This document shows positions 20,994 to 30,612 of a stretch of 64,000 bases of DNA, piece by piece. The DNA comes from Dehalococcoidia bacterium. Its GTDB lineage: Bacteria; Chloroflexota; Dehalococcoidia; SM23-28-2. The notes beneath the pieces are model-generated. The model was not told the origin of the DNA. It made no database searches and saw only the letters and a program-made list of their open reading frames with translations. The stretch spans positions 1,729,027 through 1,793,026 of the forward strand of contig CP070630.1 in NCBI GenBank assembly GCA_020356025.1, given 5' to 3'. How positions within the stretch are numbered: the first letter of the stretch is position 1; every line of letters starts with the position of its first letter. The translations under genes and the position numbers were made by a program.

Positions 20994-21647
20994 ATGAAGG
21001 TTAAATGGTTGGGACACGCTTGCTTTCTCCTCACCTCCGACAGCGGACTCAGGATCATAACCGACCCCTACACCCCCGGCGCCTTCGGGTTAGAGTACGC
21101 ACCCCCAGCGGAGACGGCCGACATCGTCACAGTGAGCCACGACCACGCTGACCACAATAACGTGGCCGCTGTGAAAGGCAATCCTCAGGTTGTGCAGGGA
21201 GTCGGCAGCCACGAAGCCAAGGGCGTCCGGTTCAAAGGCATCGCCGCCGCCCACGACGAGTCGTCGGGGAAAGACCGGGGAGCGAATACGATATTCTGCT
21301 TCGCCCTGGACGGCATCAACATCTGCCACCTGGGCGACCTGGGCCACGACCTGTCAGATCAGACAGTGACCGACATCGGCGATGTCGATGTCTTGCTGAT
21401 CCCGGTAGGAGGCAACTTCACCATAGACGCCCCCGTCGCCAACGGCATCTGCAAGAAGCTCGCACCGAATCTGATCATCCCTATGCACTTCAAGAACGCC
21501 AGGTGCCCAAGCTTCCCCGTCGCTGGAGTGGAGGACTTCACCCGAGAGCGCCAGCAGGTAACAACCAGCGCCGGCAGCGAGATAGAGGTCAAGAAGGAGC
21601 AACTCCCCTCCGGCGCGGAGACGATAGTCCTGAAGCCAGCGCTCTAG
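20994..21647 (+). CDS. MBL-fold metallo-hydrolase
   Basis: MKVKWLGHACFLL...VSHDHADH metal-binding motif. GAAAGGAGG SD 7 nt upstream. Confidence 0.8.
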   Translation: MKVKWLGHACFLLTSDSGLRIITDPYTPGAFGLEYAPPAETADIVTVSHDHADHNNVAAVKGNPQVVQGVGSHEAKGVRFKGIAAAHDESSGKDRGANTIFCFALDGINICHLGDLGHDLSDQTVTDIGDVDVLLIPVGGNFTIDAPVANGICKKLAPNLIIPMHFKNARCPSFPVAGVEDFTRERQQVTTSAGSEIEVKKEQLPSGAETIVLKPAL

Positions 21648-24016
21648 GCCAGGACCTTGGTGGCCTCGGCTAGGTTCATGCGGTTGCTGTGCCAGATAGA
21701 GGGTATGGTTGACACCAGGGCAGCCACGATAATCACAACGGCGATCATCGCGTAGGTTGTCGTGCGCATGTGGAACCACATAGTGAAGAACTCGGAACTC
21801 CACGTGTGGATCAGGTAGGACGCCGCGATCGTCCCCAGAGCGAGGCCGGGCAGGATCGCCAGCAGGCTGAAGGTCAGGCCTTCCGTCGCCAGCATGAGAA
21901 CAACCGACGGCCTGCCTGCTCCCAGCGTGCGCATGGTCGCTGTCTCCCGCTCCCGCTCCAGCACGTTGACCGTCATCGTGTTGAACACGATCGCGCCCGC
22001 CATCACCATACAGAACGCCACGATGACCCCAGCCATCACGTTGAACAGGGCCATCTGCTCTCTCCAGTCGTCCCGAATGTCCTCCTTGACCTGCACCCCC
22101 TGAATCCCCGGCAAGCGATAGAGCGCCGCCTGCACTTCAGCGTCGGCGGAGGGAGAGGTCGTTTCCAGCCACACGGCATTGAAGCCGTCCCCTAGGCCCA
22201 GTTCGTCCTTCGTCGCCAGCGACACGTAGCCCAGCCCGCCGGTGAACTCCCTGCTAACGCCGCTCACCACCAAAGATGAGATGCCCACCTCTGTTGCTAT
22301 GTCGAGGCTATCGCCGACGCCAACGTCCAGTTGGTCGGCAACCCCCAGGGTCAGGATGATTCCTCCCTCACCCAGAGCCTCGCCCGTCGTCTTCCCGCCG
22401 CCCAGGTCGAATCCGTGCAGCCGCGTGTCCTCTTCCACCGCCATCAACTCGATGTTCGTCCGCTTCGAATCCACCCGCAACTCCGCCGGCGTCAGGTAAA
22501 GGCGCTCGGCCTCGCGGACACCCGTCAGACCGTTGATCTCGGCCAATGTCTGGTCATCCTGAGGGCTCCAGAAAGCCGCCGCCACGTCCCACCTGTCCGT
22601 CTTCTCGAACTGGCGGTCCATGATGAAGTCCATGCTATCGAATGAGGACAGCCCCACGACCAGCAAGATCGCCGCCAGCGCGATAGCGCCCACCGTATAC
22701 AGGCTGCGCATCGGCGCCCGCCAGATGTTGCGTACTCCCAGCCGCACCAGCAGCGGCGGCCGCCGTCCCAGGCCGAATATCCGCTCGACGAAGGGCACCG
22801 AGCCCTTGGCGAGCGCCACCTCCGGCGATGGACGCATCGCCGGCGCCGGCAGCATGCGGCTGGCCGCCCAGGCTGGCGCCGCCGCGGCCACCAACGCCAC
22901 CGCCAGGCTCACTATCACGCTGATCACGATCGGCATAAGCTGAAACTCGTGGGCGATGAGAGGGATCGCGAGCGCGTCGGCGTACAGGCCCGTGAGAAGA
23001 TAGCCTAGCCCGTACCCCGCCGCAGCGCCGACGCTGCCACCCACTACCCCAACCACCACGGCGAACAGAAGATAGTGCACCACGATGGAACCCTTGCCGT
23101 AGCCAACACCCCTGAACAGCCCGATGAGCGTTCTCTGCGCCCGCACCAGGCGGCTCATGGCGATGTAGATAGCGAAGGCTGCGATGACCAGCACCAGAGT
23201 GGGGAGCAAAACGGCAAACTCGCGGCCGCTCTCAAGGTCAAGCTCGGTGGTGGCCTTGCTCGGCTGGTCCTCCTGCCGCACCGTCTGCTGCACACCGTAC
23301 GGCTCCAGCAACCCGGTCACAGCAGCAATGGTGTCCTCGCGCTCGCTTTCGCTCTCCACCAGCACGTTGACCTCATTGACCTGCCCCTGCATCCCGAACA
23401 GCTCCTGCAGGTAAGCGTTCGGCACGAAGAACACTCCGAAGCGGCGCGGGCTGGGCAGCAGGTCCTGCTTGCTCTCCGCCATCAGCAGGTACTCGGGACT
23501 GGAGACCGTCCCGACGATAGTCAGCGGCTTTAGACCCTCAAGCGTGTAGACCTGAAGAGTGTCGCCGCTCTCGTACCCGTGGAAATCGGCAAATTTGCCC
23601 AGCGGCAGCACGACCGCCCTCTCATCCACCTCGAAGTAGCGCCCGGACTCGACGATGACGTCGTTGACCGCCGCCCGCCGATCCGCCGGAAGGCCGATGA
23701 GCCGAGCCTGCACCAGCCGATTCTCGTCCACCGGCAGCCCGGTATCCATCACCACCCGACCTTCCACCGCCTTCACGTTCGCCAGCTCGCGCACCTCGTC
23801 CACCGCCGACTCCGGCGCCTGTGCGACCTCCACGCTGAAGTCGGCGAAGTGGGTTGCCTCGTAGGTGCGATCGTACGAGCGCTCTGCGTTGGTGAACGCC
23901 ACCGTCATCGATACGAAGATGGCGATGCCCAGCGCGATGATGATGGCCAGCGCCCCGAACTGGAAGCGCCGAGCCATTATGTCCCGAATCACCAGCAGGT
24001 GGATCTTGCGGTTCAT
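21644..24016 (-). CDS. ABC exporter permease with two FtsX domains (MacB/DevC-like)
   Basis: 790 aa. Two 4-TM FtsX-like modules separated by large periplasmic domains. Overlaps the upstream ATPase gene region. Confidence 0.8.
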   Translation of the reverse strand: MNRKIHLLVIRDIMARRFQFGALAIIIALGIAIFVSMTVAFTNAERSYDRTYEATHFADFSVEVAQAPESAVDEVRELANVKAVEGRVVMDTGLPVDENRLVQARLIGLPADRRAAVNDVIVESGRYFEVDERAVVLPLGKFADFHGYESGDTLQVYTLEGLKPLTIVGTVSSPEYLLMAESKQDLLPSPRRFGVFFVPNAYLQELFGMQGQVNEVNVLVESESEREDTIAAVTGLLEPYGVQQTVRQEDQPSKATTELDLESGREFAVLLPTLVLVIAAFAIYIAMSRLVRAQRTLIGLFRGVGYGKGSIVVHYLLFAVVVGVVGGSVGAAAGYGLGYLLTGLYADALAIPLIAHEFQLMPIVISVIVSLAVALVAAAAPAWAASRMLPAPAMRPSPEVALAKGSVPFVERIFGLGRRPPLLVRLGVRNIWRAPMRSLYTVGAIALAAILLVVGLSSFDSMDFIMDRQFEKTDRWDVAAAFWSPQDDQTLAEINGLTGVREAERLYLTPAELRVDSKRTNIELMAVEEDTRLHGFDLGGGKTTGEALGEGGIILTLGVADQLDVGVGDSLDIATEVGISSLVVSGVSREFTGGLGYVSLATKDELGLGDGFNAVWLETTSPSADAEVQAALYRLPGIQGVQVKEDIRDDWREQMALFNVMAGVIVAFCMVMAGAIVFNTMTVNVLERERETATMRTLGAGRPSVVLMLATEGLTFSLLAILPGLALGTIAASYLIHTWSSEFFTMWFHMRTTTYAMIAVVIIVAALVSTIPSIWHSNRMNLAEATKVLA

Positions 24017-24046
24017 CGTCTCAGGTTGCCTCTGCCAGCCTTCTCC

Positions 24047-24823
<777 letters not shown>

Positions 24824-25042
24824 CCCTCCCCCAAAGCAAAGGCTACCTTGTGACGAGGCCCTGCTGCAAGGAGCGAGGCAAAGGAGAAGACGTGTACTGT
24901 GCTGAAGCCCGGGGACAGGCCGCAGACGGCGCCCGATATCGCTCGGCCGCGACCAATATTCACTCGCTTCTAACCTTTGTGCTCCTGGTTTTCACTGATC
25001 CCCGGCCTTCTTCCGGCGATAATATCTCCAACGGAGGCGGAA

Positions 25043-25477
25043 GTGCCGCTACGCAAGAGCAACGAGTCGAGCGATCACCTCGAGGATGAGGACCTCACGG
25101 ACGAGCTGGTCGAATGGGCCAACGCCAGAAGAGCGTCTGTCTCCGAGACCACGCCAGGCAGGATGGGGTCTCCTGAAGGGGCGGAGTTTGAGCCGGACCT
25201 CTATCCGTCCGACTCAGAGAGCATGCTCAGCGGAGCTGAGACCGCTGCGCTGATCAAGTCCAACCAGCAACCTAAGGTCTTGGTAATAGCTCTTAACGAG
25301 ATCACTGCTGACCGGGCCCAGGCCTACTTGTTCGATGACACCCAAGAAGCGAGCCAGTTCATCGAAACCCTCGTGGAAACCGGCCTCGATCCGGACCGCA
25401 TCATCGTCTTCTGCGGGACGCCGATGAACTTCCAGGTGAGCCACCGCCTCGAGGTCACCGTCGACGAACCCGAGTAG
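25043..25477 (+). CDS. Hypothetical protein, paralog A of a 3-member family (acidic N-terminal tail plus conserved ~70-aa C-terminal domain)
   Basis: GGAGG SD then GTG start (VPLRKSNESSD..). C-terminal KVLVIALNEITADRAQAYLFDDTQEASQFIETLVETGLDPDRIIVFCGTPMNFQVSHRLEV aligns with paralogs B and C. ORF open from 24977. Confidence 0.5.
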   Translation: MPLRKSNESSDHLEDEDLTDELVEWANARRASVSETTPGRMGSPEGAEFEPDLYPSDSESMLSGAETAALIKSNQQPKVLVIALNEITADRAQAYLFDDTQEASQFIETLVETGLDPDRIIVFCGTPMNFQVSHRLEVTVDEPE

Positions 25478-25593
25478 CAGCCGACGGTATCCAGTTAGCG
25501 GCCCCAGCCAGAGGCGCTGTACCGCCATCTCACGCCGTCGCCCCCCACGAGCCACACGATGGCCTCGGCCAGCAGGAGGACGGCCGGACGCAC

Positions 25594-26003
25594 TCAGTCG
25601 GCGGTCTCTGCCCCCCCCGGCGGGTCCAGATTCACTTCGACGCGATAGGCAACGTTGAGGCGCATCTCTTTTCCAAGGAAGACATGGAGGTGGCTAGGTT
25701 CCATCCCGTCCTCGACGGCGCCTCTGACGAACTCCCCCGCATCCTCGATCCTATCGAAGGCATAGGCTTCGCCGTGCCCGTCTGTCGCCCCGCGGTCAGC
25801 CACGACGATTATCTTCGTCCCGGCTTTTGGCTGCGCTGCATAGGCGATGCCTTTCGCTGCGCCACCCGCAGTGCCCGCGCCGTGCGGGTCCGTTTGCTCC
25901 TCACCAGCCTCGTCATCGCCAGGCTCAGCCGTCACTGTGGCCGGAGCATGCTCCGGCTCGTCGCCGACGTCCTCTTCACCTTTGCGAAAGAGTTTGGGCA
26001 CCC
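25594..26003 (-). CDS. Hypothetical protein, paralog C of the same family
   Basis: GTG start VPKLFRKGEEDVGDEPE.. preceded by GGGGGTGG. C-terminal TKIIVVADRGATDGHGEAYAFDRIEDAGEFVRGAVEDGMEPSHLHVFLGKEMRLNVAYRVEV. ORF open to 26124. Confidence 0.5.
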
Positions 26004-26212
26004 GTGACCACCCCCTATCTTGCCGATGGAGGAAATGCCTCTCTTCTAATACATGGACGCGGCCAGGCTGCTTTTGTAACAAACGTGCCACGCCTGCCCG
26101 TCTATTCCAGAGCCACGCCGCCACCCGCCAGTCACTTTATGTTACGAATGGCAGGTCAGCAGCGTCTAGATAGGTGCGACCCGCACAGGCCGGACGACGA
26201 AGATGGGGGTGA

Positions 26213-26623
26213 ATGAAGGTGCCAAAGGATCATGGGAAGAACGGCGGCTCCGCAGACGTGGATGAGACCAACAACCTGACGACCCACATGTTGGATTGGG
26301 CAAAAGAGAAGATGGCGGCGGGAACGGCTGAGCCTCCCAACGAGGAGCAACCTGCGACAAAGACTGAGCGGCAACAGACGGGCTCGGTAATCGTCGTGGC
26401 TGTCTGCAGCGACGAGTCGAACCAGGCGGAGGCCCAGCTCTTTGAAGATGAGGCTGACGCCAAGCGATTTGTGGAAACCTTAGTGGAAGGCAACGTAGAC
26501 CAGGAACGCATCGCCGTCCTGCGAGGGAAGGCCGTTGAAATGAACGTGACTTATCGCCCAGTGATCCAGCTAGGTGTGGACGGCGAACCGCAAGCAAGCA
26601 GCGATCAAGACCAGCAGCCTTAG
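26213..26623 (+). CDS. Hypothetical protein, paralog B of the same family
   Basis: MKVPKDHGKNGGSADVDE.. preceded by GGGGGTGAATGA. C-terminal GSVIVVAVCSDESNQAEAQLFEDEADAKRFVETLVEGNVDQERIAVLRGKAVEMNVTYRPVI. Confidence 0.5.
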   Translation: MKVPKDHGKNGGSADVDETNNLTTHMLDWAKEKMAAGTAEPPNEEQPATKTERQQTGSVIVVAVCSDESNQAEAQLFEDEADAKRFVETLVEGNVDQERIAVLRGKAVEMNVTYRPVIQLGVDGEPQASSDQDQQP

Positions 26624-26630
26624 CTCACCC

Positions 26631-26675
26631 TCCGCCCACCCTGAGCCTGTCGAAGGGGCTCGTCGAAGGGCTGTC
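26631..26675. repeat. Dispersed GC-rich mini-repeat copy 1 (CCGCCCACCCTGAGCCTGTCGAAGGGG...GTCGAAGGG)
   Basis: Shares the core CC(C/T)TGAGC(C/T)TG(T/C)CGAAGGG(C/G)(C/T)TGTCGAAGGGG with copies at 27314, 45065 and 52738. Confidence 0.7.
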
Positions 26676-26741
26676 CCCCAGACCCAACAATTATCGAACG
26701 GCGGCTGGCTGGGACCAATTCCCTGAATCGAAGGACCGCGT

Positions 26742-27029
26742 TTATCGCGCCACCGCCACTTCGTCCTTCTCGGACTCGCCCTCCTCGGAGGCCGCTGGCA
26801 TCCCCAGGCCACGCTGGTTCATCTCGGCCAGCTTCGCCTCAATCTCGATGACCTCCTTAAGGTTGGCTCTCTGTCGCTCGACCAGCTCGATCTTGGCTTG
26901 GACGTACTCGCGCTGCGCTATCAGACTGGAGTGCTCGCTGTCCAATCCCTCCAGATAGTCTTTTAGCACGTCCGACGATCGCTGAGAGCGCCGCTTGCCA
27001 CCTTCACGCGCTGTGGATTGGCTTTGCAT
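26742..27029 (-). CDS. Small predicted coiled-coil protein (about 95 aa), unknown function
   Basis: MQSQSTAREGGKRRSQRSSDVLKDYLEGLDSEHSSLIAQREYVQAKIELVERQRANLKEVIEIEAKLAEMNQRG... is heptad-like and charged. ORF open to 27194. Confidence 0.35.
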   Translation of the reverse strand: MQSQSTAREGGKRRSQRSSDVLKDYLEGLDSEHSSLIAQREYVQAKIELVERQRANLKEVIEIEAKLAEMNQRGLGMPAASEEGESEKDEVAVAR

Positions 27030-27313
27030 AGCTGCCCTCCTCGTCTTCGCAGGTCTTGCGAAGAACCCGAGCTTGCTAACCACCTCCATGATCCCCCATT
27101 GGAAGCAGGCGCAGACCGAGGCACCGCCCCGCTCCCGTCGGGAGAGCGCAGATCCCCATGATGGTCGATGAGCCCTTGCCACCTTCTTGACCACCAGACC
27201 CGTCTCGCTTATGTCGAAGAGCCTGGTGCACTGATTCTACTCGCAGTCGCAAGGGTTGGCAAGGGATGAAGGCAATCGGTGCCGCTACGCTCAGCCCGGG
27301 AGCAGCCTCCAGC

Positions 27314-27380
27314 CGCTCATCCTGAGCCTGTCCTGAACTTGCCGAAGGGCTTGTCGAAGGGCCTGTCGAAGGGGTCTGAG
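27314..27380. repeat. Dispersed GC-rich mini-repeat copy 2 (tandemised core)
   Basis: CCGCTCATCCTGAGCCTGTCCTGAACTTGCCGAAGGGCTTGTCGAAGGGCCTGTCGAAGGGG. Confidence 0.7.
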
Positions 27381-27415
27381 AGCAGCCTGGGGCGTAGGCT
27401 CGCAGCCTGCGCGTG

Positions 27416-28681
27416 CTAGCCCTCAACGATGGCGTACACGAAGCCATCGTAGCTGCCGATGTAGATTACCCCGTCCACCACCGCCGGCGAGGAGAAAACG
27501 TTGTCGTCCGTCTCGAAATGCCAGCGCTCCTCCCCCGTGGCGCCGTCCAGCGCGTAGACGGACCTGTCCCCGCTGCCGATGTAGACGACCCCATCCACCA
27601 CCGCCGCAGACGAGTGAACTGCGTCGCCTATCTCCAGTGTCCAGCGCTCCTCCCCCGTGGCAGCGTCCAGCGCGTAGACGGAGCCGTCCCGGCTCCCGAC
27701 GTAGACGACCCCCTCCGCTACCGCCGGCGAGGAGAAGACCCTGTCGTCCGTCTCAAAGCGCCAGCGCTGCCCTCCGCTGCCAGCATCCAGCGCATAAACG
27801 AACTTGTCGAAGCTGCCGATGTACACCACCCCGTCCACCACCGCAGGAGAGGAGTGAATCAAATCGCTCGTTTGGAAACGCCAGCGCTGCTCCCCTGTGG
27901 CGCCGTCCAGCGCGTAGGCAGAGCTGTCCCCGCCGCCGATATATACTACCCCGTCCACCACCGCCGGCGAGGAGAGAACGGGCCCGCCTAAATGAACCCG
28001 CCAGCGCTCCTCCCCCGTGGCGCCGTCCAGCGCGTAGACGGAGCCGTCGAGGCTGCCGATGTACACCACCCCGTCCACCACCGCAGGAGAGGAGTGAACG
28101 TCTTCGCCCGTCTCGAAACGCCAGCGCTCATTCCTCGTAGCAGCGTCCAGCGCGTAGACGTAGTTGTCGAGACTACCCACGTAGACTACACCGTCCACCA
28201 CCGCCGGCGAGGGGACGACCCAGTCGCCGGTCTCGAACCGCCAGCGCTCATCCCCCGTGGCGGCGTCCAGCGCGTAGACGTTTCCGTCGAAGCTGCCGAC
28301 GTAGACCACACCGTCCACCACCGCAGGAGAGGAGAAGACGCTGTCCCCCGTCTCGAAGCGCCAGAGCAGCGTCGGCGAGCCCTCAACCCCCGGGCCGGGG
28401 TTCACGCCGGCGTTCGCGAGGTTGCCCCGGAACATCGGCACCCACCGCATAGTTGGCGTCGGCGTAGGCGATTCCTCTGTCGGAACGGTCGCGGTGGCAG
28501 TGGGCTGCTCAGCCGTTGGCGACGGCGTAGGAGCGTTGTCGCTCTCGCCGTCGCACCCGCCTAGCAACAGCGCGGCCAGCGCCAGAGCGACAAACACAAC
28601 CGTCTCTATTCTGTATCTGATCACTTGACCCTCCACCTCTTGTCGCGTCCCTATACTACGCACACCCGCGGACGTTGACAA
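27416..28681 (-). CDS. PQQ-like beta-propeller repeat lipoprotein (8 repeats) with Pro/Thr-rich linker
   Basis: LLLGGC lipobox-like signal. PTPSPTAEQPTATATVPTEESPTPTPT linker. Eight repeats of VVDGVVYVGSxDGxVYALDAATGxERWRFETGD. The + strand Arg-rich ORFs here are frame shadows. Confidence 0.8.
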   Translation of the reverse strand: MSTSAGVRSIGTRQEVEGQVIRYRIETVVFVALALAALLLGGCDGESDNAPTPSPTAEQPTATATVPTEESPTPTPTMRWVPMFRGNLANAGVNPGPGVEGSPTLLWRFETGDSVFSSPAVVDGVVYVGSFDGNVYALDAATGDERWRFETGDWVVPSPAVVDGVVYVGSLDNYVYALDAATRNERWRFETGEDVHSSPAVVDGVVYIGSLDGSVYALDGATGEERWRVHLGGPVLSSPAVVDGVVYIGGGDSSAYALDGATGEQRWRFQTSDLIHSSPAVVDGVVYIGSFDKFVYALDAGSGGQRWRFETDDRVFSSPAVAEGVVYVGSRDGSVYALDAATGEERWTLEIGDAVHSSAAVVDGVVYIGSGDRSVYALDGATGEERWHFETDDNVFSSPAVVDGVIYIGSYDGFVYAIVEG

Positions 28682-28738
28682 GGGTGGTTTCTCTCATCTC
28701 AGAAAGCAGCGTGGCAGGTGCCTCTAAGCTGTTACCGT

Positions 28739-29452
28739 CTATCTCGCCGGGCCGACAGCGAACAGCGCCCTCGCTGAGCGGGCGGCAAGAAAGCCGTGAG
28801 AATCGGCAGCGGAGGAGTCCACCGCCTCCACATCCCCCTCGAAGTCCTCGACCCGCGTCACCCAGACCCCGTAAATGCCCGACGAGTCCGGGCTGTCGCC
28901 GAACGGGCAGAACTGGACGGTCGCACCGCCGCTGAGGCTGTCGCTTCCGACGGCGTGGTTCCCCTGCCCCGATACGTCCTCGATCGCGCCATCGGCCACC
29001 CGAAGCTGGCGGAACCTGACCTCGTCGCTGGAAAGGAGGGTTTCGCCGGACACATCGGTCACCTGAAAGAAGTAGTCGCCGTCGGTCAAGCGTGGCGAGC
29101 CTTCCTCCTGCCCCACCACCAGGTAGGCGTCGCACTTGTCCTCGAATATGACCGCCGCCGCTGGCTGGCCGTCCTGAAGCGCTACCGAAATACTGCCCAC
29201 AACGGCTGCATATGGGAGAACTTCTTCCTCCCCGTCCGAAGGGCCACCGTCCCCGCCGCCGAGGACGAGGGCCAGCGTCAGGCCCACCGCCACAGCCACC
29301 GCCGCCGCGCCCACTATGGCTCCAATGATCCACGGCCACCACTGCCAGCGCGGCCTCTCGAGCATCGGCGGTTCCCAGGACCAGTCCCAGTCCCGTTCCA
29401 GCCCGCTCCTGCGGCCGACCGGAATACGCCTCTTATCTCCAAACAACGGCAT
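28739..29452 (-). CDS. Hypothetical single-pass membrane protein with Trp-rich cytoplasmic N-terminus
   Basis: WDWSWEPPMLERPRWQWWPW followed by TM helix IIGAIVGAAAVAVAVGLTLALVL and an acidic extracytoplasmic domain. No recognisable family. Confidence 0.45.
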   Translation of the reverse strand: MPLFGDKRRIPVGRRSGLERDWDWSWEPPMLERPRWQWWPWIIGAIVGAAAVAVAVGLTLALVLGGGDGGPSDGEEEVLPYAAVVGSISVALQDGQPAAAVIFEDKCDAYLVVGQEEGSPRLTDGDYFFQVTDVSGETLLSSDEVRFRQLRVADGAIEDVSGQGNHAVGSDSLSGGATVQFCPFGDSPDSSGIYGVWVTRVEDFEGDVEAVDSSAADSHGFLAARSARALFAVGPAR

Positions 29453-29585
29453 GTCGATGAGGCTCCTAGTCTATATAGACGCTTGACCCCCGTCGATAGC
29501 TACTGGCCTCCTGCCGTCCCCTTGTCAGACGCGAACACTTATGATAAACAACGAGCATCAGCCTCTACACGAAAGGAGCTGCGCC

Positions 29586-30551
29586 ATGTTTCAGACAAGG
29601 ATCACTGAACTGTTCGACATCAAGTACCCGATTATCTGCGGCGGCATGTACTGGATCGGCCGGGCCGAGCTGGTAGCAGCAGTGGCCAACGCCGGTGGCC
29701 TCGGCTTCATTGTGGGAGCCACCTTCGAGAATGTGGATGACCTCCGCGCCGAGATCCGCAAGGCCCGCGACTTGACCGACGGCCCGATCGGCCTCAACAT
29801 CAACCTCTTCCCTGCCCTCCGTCCCCAGCCCATCGAGGCCTGGGTCGAGGTCGCCTGCGAGGAGAAGATACCGGTGGTCGAGACCTCTGGTCGCAGCCCA
29901 GAGGCGATCGTGGAGCCATTGCACGCCGGTGGCGTCAAGATCATGCACAAGGTTCCGGGGGTCAAGTACGCTCGCACCGTCGAGCGCCTCGGCTGCGACG
30001 CCGTCTCCGTGGTCGGACACGAGTGCGGCGGTCACCCCGGCATGGATGAGGTGACCACCCTGATAATGGTGCCCGCAACCGTGGACGCAGTCAGCATACC
30101 GGTGGTGGCTGCCGGCGGCTTCGCCGATGGTCGCGGCCTCGTGGCCGCCCTGGCCCTCGGCGCCGACGCCGTTCTCATGGGCACTCGCTTCATGGCCACC
30201 AAGGAGTGCCGCGGCCACCCCGACTGGAAGGATTGGCTGGTCAACGCCGCGGAGACAGACACCACCTACTGCATGAAGTCGATCAAGAACCCGTCGCGCG
30301 TGATCAAGAACGCCGTGTCTGCCAAGGTGATGGAAATGGAGGCCCAGGGAGCCACCCTGGAGGAGTTGATACCCATCATAGCCGGACAGGGAGGCGCCGT
30401 CTTCGACGACGGCAAGATGGATTCTCAACTGGCCAGCGCCGGCCAAGCGATCGGCCTCATCCACGACGTCCCGACAGTGAAGGAGCTCATCGACCGAATA
30501 GTCGACGAAGCGATCGAGATCCGCGAGCGCCTGAACGCCTCCATCCGCTAG
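29586..30551 (+). CDS. Nitronate monooxygenase / FabK-like FMN oxidoreductase (NMO family)
   Basis: MFQTRITELFDIKYPIICGGMYWIG...GGLGFI is the NMO N-terminal motif. TIM-barrel Gly-rich segments. Confidence 0.8.
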   Translation: MFQTRITELFDIKYPIICGGMYWIGRAELVAAVANAGGLGFIVGATFENVDDLRAEIRKARDLTDGPIGLNINLFPALRPQPIEAWVEVACEEKIPVVETSGRSPEAIVEPLHAGGVKIMHKVPGVKYARTVERLGCDAVSVVGHECGGHPGMDEVTTLIMVPATVDAVSIPVVAAGGFADGRGLVAALALGADAVLMGTRFMATKECRGHPDWKDWLVNAAETDTTYCMKSIKNPSRVIKNAVSAKVMEMEAQGATLEELIPIIAGQGGAVFDDGKMDSQLASAGQAIGLIHDVPTVKELIDRIVDEAIEIRERLNASIR

Positions 30552-30612
30552 CTCGTCGGGGCAACCCTCAGCACCAACCCGCCGAACAGCGCACGCCCGG
30601 CGGCTACTGTCC

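Noticed and set aside
27413-28564. Long + strand ORFs encoding Arg/Pro-rich repetitive proteins (27413-27991, 27637-28140, 27992-28564)
   Set aside because: Antisense or frame-shifted shadows of the - strand PQQ-repeat gene. Their repetitiveness mirrors the 8 DNA-level PQQ repeats. High GC suppresses stop codons.
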